From assembly GCA_964057225.1 (NCBI GenBank), contig OZ059894.1:5208001-5272000 (forward strand): a stretch of DNA of 64,000 bases. Reading direction: 5' to 3'. Under the pieces are notes generated by a model. It did no database searches, was not told the DNA's origin, and worked only from the letters and a program-made list of their open reading frames with translations. This DNA comes from Auanema rhodensis (lineage: Eukaryota > Animalia > Nematoda). The stretch's first letter is position 1. Each line of letters begins with the position of its first letter. The translations under genes and the position numbers were made by a program. Below, piece after piece: positions 54,101-64,000 of this stretch.

Positions 54101-57100
54101 AACCATGACTTTGAAATTTACGTGAACTTTAATTTATGCTAATTAAGTGTACACATAATGTGCACTTGGTATGTAACTCGCTTCAAGTGAAAGATAAAGA
54201 GATGCGGTTTTCAAAATTAGATTTCGCATGTCCATATTAGTCTAAAAACAAATTTTTATTGATATTGGTGCATGGTAACCATGACTTTAAAATTTACGTG
54301 AACTTTAATTTATGCTAATTAAGTGAACACATGACGTGCACTTGGTATGTAACTCGCTTCACGTGAAAGATAAAGAGATGCGGTTTTCAAAATTAGATTC
54401 CTCATGTCCATATTAGTCTAAAAACGAATTTTTATTGATATTGATGCATGGTAACCATGACTTTGAAATTTACGTGAACTTTAATTTATGCTAATTAAGT
54501 GTACACATGATGTGCACTTGGTATGTAACTCGCTTCACGTGAAAGATAAAGGGATGCGGTTGCCAAAATTAGATTCCTCATGTCCATTTTAGTCTAAAAA
54601 CAAATTTTTGTTGATATTGGTGGATGGTAACCATGACTTTCAAATTTACGTGTACTTCAATTTATGCTAATTAAGTGAACACATGATGTGCACTTGGTAT
54701 GTAACTCGCTTCACGTGAAAGATAAAGAGATGCGGTTTTCAAAATTAGATTCCTCATGTCCATATTAGTCTAAAAACGAATTTTTATTGATATTGATGCA
54801 TGGTAACCATGAATTTGAAATTTACGTGAACTTTAATTTATGCTAATTAAGTGTACACATGATGTGCACTTGGTATGTAACTCGCTTCAAGTGAAAGATA
54901 AAGAGATGCGGTTTTCAAAATTAGATTTCGCATGTCCATATTAGTCTACAAACAAATTTTTATTGATATTGGTGCATGGTAACCATGACTTTAAAATTTA
55001 CGTGAACTTTAATTTATGCTAATTAAGTGAACACATGATGTGCACTTGGTATGTAACTCGCTTCAAGTGAAAGATAAAGAGATGCGGTTTTCAAAATTAG
55101 ATTTCGCATGTCCATATTAGTCTACAAACAAATTTTTATTGATATTGGTGCATGGTAACCATGACTTTAAAATTTACGTGAACTTTAATTTATGCTAATT
55201 AAGTGAACACATGATGTGCACTTGGTATGTAACTCGCTTCACGTGAAAGATAAAGAGATGCGGTTTCCAAAATTAGATTCCTCATGTCCATATTAGTCTA
55301 AAAACAAATTTTTGTTGATATTGGTGGATGGTAACCATGACTTTCAAATTTACGTGAACTTCAATTTATGCTAATTAAGTGTACACGTGATGTGCACTTG
55401 GTATGTAACTCGCTTCACGTGAAAGATAAAGAGATGCGGTTTTCAAAATTAGATTCCCGATGTCCATATTAGTCTAAAAACAAATTTTTGTTGATATTGG
55501 TGGATGGTAACCATGACTTTCAAATTTACGTGAACTTCAATTTATGCTAATTAAGTGTACACGTGATGTGCACTTGGTACGTAATTCGCTTCAAGTCAAA
55601 GATAAAGAGATGCGGTTTTCAAAATTAGATTCCCGATGTCCATATTAGTCTAAAAACAAATTTTTATTGATATTGGTGCATGGTAACCATGACTTTAAAA
55701 TTTACGTGAACTTTAATTTATGCTAATTAAGTGAACACATGATGTGCACTTGGTATGTAACTCGCTTCACGTGAAAGATAAAGAGATGCGGTTTTCAAAA
55801 TTAGATTCCTCATGTCCATATTAGTCTAAAAACGAATTTTTATTGATATTGATGCATGGTAACCATGAATTTGAAATTTACGTGAACTTTAATTTATGCT
55901 AATTAAGTGTACACATGATGTGCACTTGGTATGTAACTCGCTTCAAGTGAAAGATAAAGAGATGCGGTTTTCAAAATTAGATTTCGCATGTCCATATTAG
56001 TCTACAAACAAATTTTTATTGATATTGGTGCATGGTAACCATGACTTTAAAATTTACGTGAACTTTAATTTATGCTAATTAAGTGAACACATGATGTGCA
56101 CTTGGTATGTAACTCGCTTCACGTGAAAGATGAAGAGATGCGGTTTCCAAAATTAGATTCCTCATGTCCATATTAGTCTAAAAACAAATTTTTGTTGATA
56201 TTGGTGGATGGTAACCATGACTTTCAAATTTACGTGAACTTCAATTTATGCTAATTAAGTGTACACGTGATGTGCACTTGGTATGTAACTCGCTTCACGT
56301 GAAAGATAAAGAGATGCGGTTTTCAAAATTAGATTCCCGATGTCCATATTAGTCTAAAAACAAATTTTTGTTGATATTGGTGGATGGTAACCATGACTTT
56401 CAAATTTACGTGAACTTCAATTTATGCTAATTAAGTGTACACGTGATGTGCACTTGGTACGTAATTCGCTTCAAGTCAAAGATAAAGAGATGCGGTTTCC
56501 AAAATTAGATTTCCCATGTCCATATTAGTCTAAAAACAAATTTTTATTAATATTGGTGCATGGTAACCATGACTTTAAAATTTACGTGAACTTTAATTTA
56601 TGCTAATTAAGTGTACACGTGATGTGCACTTGGTATGTAACTCGCTTCAAGTGAAAGATAAAGAGATGCGGTTTTCAAAATTAGATTTCGCATGTCCATA
56701 TTAGTCTAAAAACAAATTTTTATTGATATTGGTGCATGGTAACCATGACTTTAAAATTTACGTGAACTTTAATTTATGCTGATTAAGTGAACACATGATG
56801 TGCACTTGGTATGTAACTCGCTTCACGTGAAAGATAAAGGGATGCGGTTTCCAAAAATAGATTCCCGATGTCCATATTAGTCTAAAAACAAATTTTTATT
56901 GATATTGGTGGATGGTAACCATGACTTTCAAATTTACGTGTACTTCAATTTATGCTAATTAAGTGTACACGTGATGTGCACTTGGTATGTAACTCGCTTC
57001 AAGTCAAAGATAAAGAGATGCGGTTTTCAAAATTAGATTTCGCATGTCCATATTAGTCTAAAAACAAATTTTTATTGATATTGATGCATGGTAACCATGA

Positions 57101-59827
57101 CTTTCAAATTTACGTGTACTTCAATTTATGCTAATTAAGTGTACACGTGATGTGCACTTGGTATGTAACTCGCTTCACGTCAAAGATAAAGAGATGCGGT
57201 TTTCAAAATTAGATTTCGCATGTCCATATTAGTCTAAAAACAAATTTTTATTGATATTGATGCATGGTAACCATGACTTTCAAATTTACGTGTACTTCAA
57301 TTTATGCTAATTAAGTGTACACGTGATGTGCACTTGGTATGTAACTCGCTTCACGTCAAAGATAAAGAGATGCGGTTTTCAAAATTAGATTCCCCATGTC
57401 CATATTAGTCTAAAAACAAATTTTTGTTGATATTGGTGCATGGTAACCATGACTTTGAAGTTTACGTGAACTTTAATTTATGCTAATTAAGTGTACACAT
57501 AATGTGCACTTGGTATGTAACTCGCTTCAAGTGAAAGATAAAGAGATGCGGTTTTCAAAATTAGATTTCGCATGTCCATATTAGTCTAAAAACAAATTTT
57601 TATTGATATTGGTGCATGGTAACCATGACTTTAAAATTTACGTGAACTTTAATTTATGCTAATTAAGTGAACACATGACGTGCACTTGGTATGTAACTCG
57701 CTTCACGTGAAAGATAAAGAGATGCGGTTTTCAAAATTAGATTCCTCATGTCCATATTAGTCTAAAAACGAATTTTTATTGATATTGATGCATGGTAACC
57801 ATGACTTTGAAATTTACGTGAACTTTAATTTATGCTTATTAAGTGTACACGTGATGTGCACTTGGTATGTAACTCGCTTCACGTGAAAGATAAAGGGATG
57901 CGGTTTTCAAAATTAGATTCCTCATGTCCATTTTAGTCTAAAAACAAATTTTTGTTGATATTGGTGGATGGTAACCATGACTTTCAAATTTACGTGTACT
58001 TCAATTTATGCTAATTAAGTGTACACGTGATGTGCACTTGGTATGTAACTCGCTTCAAGTCAAAGATAAAGAGATGCGGTTTTTAAAATTAGATTTCGCA
58101 TGTCCATATTAGTCTAAAAACAAATTTTTATTGATATTGATGCATGGTAACCATGACTTTCAAATTTACGTGTACTTCAATTTATGCTAATTAAGTGTAC
58201 ACGTGATGTGCACTTGGTATGTAACTCGCTTCACGTCAAAGATAAAGAGATGCGGTTTTCAAAATTAGATTCCCGATGTCCATATTAGTCTAAAAACAAA
58301 TTTTTGTTGATATTGGTGGATGGTAACCATGACTTTCAAATTTACGTGAACTTCAATTTATGCTATTTAAGTGTACACGTGATGTGCACTTGGTACGTAA
58401 TTCGCTTCAAGTCAAAGATAAAGAGATGCGGTTTTCAAAATTAGATTTCGCATGTCCATATTAGTCTAAAAACAAATTTTTATTGATATTGGTGCATGGT
58501 AACCATGACTTTAAAATTTACGTGAACTTTAATTTATGCTGATTAAGTGAACACATGATGTGCACTTGGTATGTAACTCGCTTCACGTGAAAGATAAAGA
58601 GATGCGGTTTTCAAAATTAGATTCCTCATGTCCATATTAGTCTAAAAACGAATTTTTATTGATATTGATGCATGGTAACCATGACTTTGAAATTTACGTG
58701 AACTTTAATTTATGCTTATTAAGTGTACACGTGATGTGCACTTGGTATGTAACTCGCTTCACGTGAAAGATAAAGGGATGCGGTTGCCAAAATTAGATTC
58801 CTCATTTCCATATTAGTCTAAAAACAAATTTTTGTTGATATTGGTGGATGGTAACCATGACTTTCAAATTTACGTGTACTTCAATTTATGCTAATTAAGT
58901 GTACACGTGATGTGCACTTGGTATGTAACTCGCTTCACGTCAAAGATAAAGAGATGCGGTTTTCAAAATTAGATTCCCGATGTCCATATTAGTCTAAAAA
59001 CAAATTTTTATTGATATTGGTGCATGGTAACCATGACTTTGAAATTTACGTGAACTTTAATTTATGCTAATTAAGTGTACACGTGATGTGCACTTGGTAT
59101 GTAACTCGCTTCACGTGAAAGATGAAGAGATGCGGTTTTCAAAATTAGATTCCCCATGTCCATATTAGTCTAAAAACAAATTTTTGTTGATATTGGTGAA
59201 TGGTAACCATGACTTTCAAATTTACGTGAACTTCAATTTATGCTAATTAAGTGTACACGTGATGTGCACTTGGTATGTAACTCGCTTCACGTCAAAGATA
59301 AAGAGATGCGGTTTTCAAAATTAGATTCCCGATGTCCATATTAGTCTAAAAACAAATTTTTGTTGATATTGGTGGATGGTAACCATGACTTTCAAATTTA
59401 CGTGAACTTTAATTTATGCTAATTAAGTGTACACGTGATGTGCACTTGGTATGTAACTCGCTTCACTTGAAAGATGAAGAGATGCGGTTTTCAAAATTAG
59501 ATTCCCCATGTCCATATTAGTCTAAAAACAAATTTTTGTTGATATTGGTGAATGGTAACCATGACTTTCAAATTTACGTGAACTTCAATTTATGCTAATT
59601 AAGTGTACACGTGATGTGCACTTGGTATGTAACTCGCTTCACGTGAAAGATAAAGAGATGCGGTTTTCAAAATTAGATTCCTCATGTCCATATTAGTCTA
59701 AAAACGAATTTTTATTGATATTGATGCATGGTAACCATGAATTTGAAATTTACGTGAACTTTAATTTATGCTAATTAAGTGTACACGTGATGTGCACTTG
59801 GTATGTAACTCGCTTCACGTGAAAGAT
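36170..59827 (+). repeat. Large near-tandem duplication: ~36170-47683 vs ~48140-59827 (offset 68 then 69 monomers)
   Basis: Offset 11968 bp: GCTGATTAAGTGTAC 38125/50093, GAATGTTAAC 39139/51107, ATGACGTG 42367/54335. Offset 12144 bp: ATGACGTG 45535/57679, GGTTTTTAAAA 45940/58084, CATTTCC 46662/58806, CACTTGAAAG 47323/59467. Confidence 0.93.
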
Positions 59828-62570
59828 GAAGAGATGCGGTTTTCAAAATTAGATTCCCCATGTCCATATTAGTCTAAAAACAAATTTTTGTTGATATTGG
59901 TGAATGGTAACCATGACTTTCAAATTTACGTGAACTTCAATTTATGCTAATTAAGTGTACACGTGATGTGCACTTGGTATGTAACTCGCTTCACGTGAAA
60001 GATAAAGAGATGCGGTTTTCAAAATTAGATTCCTCATGTCCATATTAGTCTAAAAACGAATTTTTATTGATATTGATGCATGGTAACCATGAATTTGAAA
60101 TTTACGTGAACTTTAATTTATGCTAATTAAGTGTACACATGATGTGCACTTGGTATGTAACTCGCTTCAAGTGAAAGATAAAGAGATGCGGTTTTCAAAA
60201 TTAGATTTCGCATGTCCATATTAGTCTAAAAACAAATTTTTGTTGATATTGGTGAATGGTAACCATGACTTTCAAATTTACGTGAACTTCAATTTATGCT
60301 AATTAAGTGTACACGTGATGTGCACTTGGTATGTAACTCGCTTCACGTGAAAGATAAAGAGATGCGGTTTTCAAAATTAGATTCCTCATGTCCATATTAG
60401 TCTACAAACAAATTTTTATTGATATTGGTGCATGGTAACCATGACTTTAAAATTTACGTGAACTTTAATTTATGCTAATTAAGTGAACACATGATGTGCA
60501 CTTGGTATGTAACTCGCTTCACGTGTAAGATGAAGAGATGCGGTTTCCAAAATTAGATTCCTCATGTCCATATTAGTCTAAAAACAAATTTTTGTTGATA
60601 TTGGTGGATGGTAACCATGACTTTCAAATTTACGTGAACTTCAATTTATGCTAATTAAGTGTACACGTGATGTGCACTTGGTATGTAACTCGCTTCACGT
60701 GAAAGATAAAGAGATGCGGTTTTCAAAATTAGATTCCCGATGTCCATATTAGTCTAAAAACAAATTTTTGTTGATATTGGTGGATGGTAACCATGACTTT
60801 CAAATTTACGTGAACTTCAATTTATGCTAATTAAGTGTACACGTGATGTGCACTTGGTACGTAATTCGCTTCAAGTCAAAGATAAAGAGATGCGGTTTCC
60901 AAAATTAGATTTCCCATGTCCATATTAGTCTAAAAACAAATTTTTATTAATATTGGTGCATGGTAACCATGACTTTAAAATTTACGTGAACTTTAATTTA
61001 TGCTAATTAAGTGTACACGTGATGTGCACTTGGTATGTAACTCGCTTCAAGTGAAAGATAAAGAGATGCGGTTTTCAAAATTAGATTTCGCATGTCCATA
61101 TTAGTCTAAAAACAAATTTTTATTGATATTGGTGCATGGTAACCATGACTTTAAAATTTACGTGAACTTTAATTTATGCTGATTAAGTGAACACATGATG
61201 TGCACTTGGTATGTAACTCGCTTCACGTGAAAGATAAAGGGATGCGGTTTCCAAAAATAGATTCCCGATGTCCATATTAGTCTAAAAACAAATTTTTATT
61301 GATATTGGTGGATGGTAACCATGACTTTCAAATTTACGTGTACTTCAATTTATGCTAATTAAGTGTACACGTGATGTGCACTTGGTATGTAACTCGCTTC
61401 AAGTCAAAGATAAAGAGATGCGGTTTTCAAAATTAGATTTCGCATGTCCATATTAGTCTAAAAACAAATTTTTATTGATATTGATGCATGGTAACCATGA
61501 CTTTCAAATTTACGTGTACTTCAATTTATGCTAATTAAGTGTACACGTGATGTGCACTTGGTATGTAACTCGCTTCACGTCAAAGATAAAGAGATGCGGT
61601 TTTCAAAATTAGATTTCGCATGTCCATATTAGTCTAAAAACAAATTTTTATTGATATTGATGCATGGTAACCATGACTTTCAAATTTACGTGTACTTCAA
61701 TTTATGCTAATTAAGTGTACACGTGATGTGCACTTGGTATGTAACTCGCTTCACGTCAAAGATAAAGAGATGCGGTTTTCAAAATTAGATTCCACATGTC
61801 CATATTAGTCTAAAAACAAATTTTTGTTGATATTGGTGCATGGTAACCATGACTTTGAAATTTACGTGAACTTTAATTTATGCTAATTAAGTGTACACAT
61901 AATGTGCACTTGGTATGTAACTCGCTTCAAGTGAAAGATAAAGAGATGCGGTTTTCAAAATTAGATTTCGCATGTCCATATTAGTCTAAAAACAAATTTT
62001 TATTGATATTGGTGCATGGTAACCATGACTTTAAAATTTACGTGAACTTTAATTTATGCTAATTAAGTGAACACATGACGTGCACTTGGTATGTAACTCG
62101 CTTCACGTGAAAGATAAAGAGATGCGGTTTTCAAAATTAGATTCCTCATGTCCATATTAGTCTAAAAACGAATTTTTATTGATATTGATGCATGGTAACC
62201 ATGACTTTGAAATTTACGTGAACTTTAATTTATGCTTATTAAGTGTACACGTGATGTGCACTTGGTATGTAACTCGCTTCACGTGAAAGATAAAGGGATG
62301 CGGTTTTCAAAATTAGATTCCTCATGTCCATTTTAGTCTAAAAACAAATTTTTGTTGATATTGGTGGATGGTAACCATGACTTTCAAATTTACGTGTACT
62401 TCAATTTATGCTAATTAAGTGTACACGTGATGTGCACTTGGTATGTAACTCGCTTCAAGTCAAAGATAAAGAGATGCGGTTTTTAAAATTAGATTTCGCA
62501 TGTCCATATTAGTCTAAAAACAAATTTTTATTGATATTGATGCATGGTAACCATGACTTTCAAATTTACG
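55990..62570 (+). repeat. Segmental duplication with 25-monomer (4400 bp) offset: ~55990-58170 vs ~60390-62570
   Basis: Markers AAAAATAG (56857/61257), ATGACGTG (57679/62079) and GGTTTTTAAAA (58084/62484) are all 4400 bp apart. Confidence 0.85.
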
Positions 62571-64000
62571 TGTACTTTAATTTATGCTAATTAAGTGTAC
62601 ACGTGATGTGCACTTGGTATGTAACTCGCTTCACGTGAAAGATAAAGAGATGCGGTTTTCAAAATTAGATTCCTCATGTCCATATTAGTCTACAAACAAA
62701 TTTTTATTGATATTGGTGCATGGTAACCATGACTTTAAAATTTACGTGAACTTTAATTTATGCTAATTAAGTGAACACATGATGTGCACTTGGTATGTAA
62801 CTCGCTTCACGTGAAAGATAAAGAGATGCGGTTTTCAAAATTAGATTCCTCATGTCCATATTAGTCTAAAAACAAATTTTTGTTGATATTGGTGGATGGT
62901 AACCATGACTTTCAAATTTACGTGAACTTCAATTTATGCTAATTAAGTGTACACGTGATGTGCACTTGGTATGTAACTCGCTTCACGTGAAAGATAAAGA
63001 GATGCGGTTTTCAAAATTAGATTCCTCATGTCCATATTAGTCTAAAAACAAATTTTTGTTGATATTGGTGGATGGTAACCATGACTTTCAAATTTACGTG
63101 AACTTTAATTTATGCTAATTAAGTGAACACATGATGTGCACTTGGTATGTAACTCGCTTCACGTGTAAGATGAAGAGATGCGGTTTCCAAAATTAGATTC
63201 CTCATGTCCATATTAGTCTAAAAACAAATTTTTGTTGATATTGGTGGATGGTAACCATGACTTTCAAATTTACGTGAACTTCAATTTATGCTAATTAAGT
63301 GTACACGTGATGTGCACTTGGTATGTAACTCGCTTCACGTGAAAGATAAAGAGATGCGGTTTTCAAAATTAGATTCCCGATGTCCATATTAGTCTAAAAA
63401 CAAATTTTTGTTGATATTGGTGGATGGTAACCATGACTTTCAAATTTACGTGAACTTCAATTTATGCTAATTAAGTGTACACGTGATGTGCACTTGGTAC
63501 GTAATTCGCTTCAAGTCAAAGATAAAGAGATGCGGTTTCCAAAATTAGATTTCCCATGTCCATATTAGTCTAAAAACAAATTTTTATTAATATTGGTGCA
63601 TGGTAACCATGACTTTAAAATTTACGTGAACTTTAATTTATGCTAATTAAGTGTACACGTGATGTGCACTTGGTATGTAACTCGCTTCAAGTGAAAGATA
63701 AAGAGATGCGGTTTTCAAAATTAGATTTCGCATGTCCATATTAGTCTAAAAACAAATTTTTATTGATATTGGTGCATGGTAACCATGACTTTAAAATTTA
63801 CGTGAACTTTAATTTATGCTGATTAAGTGAACACATGATGTGCACTTGGTATGTAACTCGCTTCACGTGAAAGATAAAGGGATGCGGTTTCCAAAAATAG
63901 ATTCCCGATGTCCATATTAGTCTAAAAACAAATTTTTATTGATATTGGTGGATGGTAACCATGACTTTCAAATTTACGTGTACTTCAATTTATGCTAATT
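60478..64000 (+). repeat. Segmental duplication with 15-monomer (2640 bp) offset, running off the window end
   Basis: Marker CACGTGTAAG at 60526/63166 (seen only at these two sites) and AAAAATAG at 61257/63897. Confidence 0.85.

Larger units (their letters stand above)
1..64000. repeat. Tandem satellite DNA array, 176-bp monomer, 364 full copies, single orientation (centromere-like or heterochromatic; family not recognised)
   Basis: ATTAAGTG(T/A)ACAC recurs at 1, 177, 353 and so on every 176 bp. Phase holds to the last base after correcting for 3x22-bp and 1x1-bp deletions. Approximate consensus: ATTAAGTGTACACGTGATGTGCACTTGGTATGTAACTCGCTTCACGTGAAAGATAAAGAGATGCGGTTTTCAAAATTAGATTCCYCATGTCCATATTAGTCTAAAAACAAATTTTTATTGATATTGGTGCATGGTAACCATGACTTTVAAATTTACGTGAACTTYAATTTATGCTA. 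Monomer 1 has 58/176 G+C. Centromeric function is inference only. Confidence 0.99.

Noticed and set aside
1-64000. CRISPR array
   Set aside because: There are no unique spacers; the entire 176-bp unit repeats, and no cas genes are present.
1-64000. Tandem 5S rRNA, tRNA, snRNA or spliced-leader gene array
   Set aside because: I could not recognise 5S, tRNA cloverleaf, A/B-box or SL/Sm features in the monomer. An Rfam/Infernal search would be the formal test.
1-64000. A single fixed-period higher-order repeat
   Set aside because: Marker spacings vary from 2 to 69 monomers, and no period persists beyond about two copies.
1-64000. Transposon insertion, inversion or hidden unique island
   Set aside because: Monomer phase arithmetic closes exactly with only 67 deleted bases, and every line read matches the monomer in the same orientation.

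Overview
The whole 64 kb window is one uninterrupted, single-orientation, head-to-tail array of a 176-bp AT-rich (~33% GC) satellite monomer. It contains 364 complete monomers plus 3 bp; 364x176+3 equals 64000 plus 67 deleted bases (three identical 22-bp deletions and one 1-bp deletion). I see no genes, RNA genes, transposons, CRISPR spacers, inversions or unique sequence. Monomer size, homogeneity and dyad content fit a eukaryotic centromeric or heterochromatic satellite, but I do not recognise the family or organism. The informative structure lies in the variants. Monomers are mosaics of about 20 recurrent polymorphic sites. Rare markers reveal nested segmental duplications with periods of 2, 5, 7, 8, 10, 11, 12, 13, 15, 18, 25, 27-28 and 68/69 monomers, including a very young ~11.5-12 kb near-tandem duplication. 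The array grades from singleton-rich on the left to homogeneous on the right. I found no novel protein-coding system. All comparisons were made by eye and are not exhaustive.
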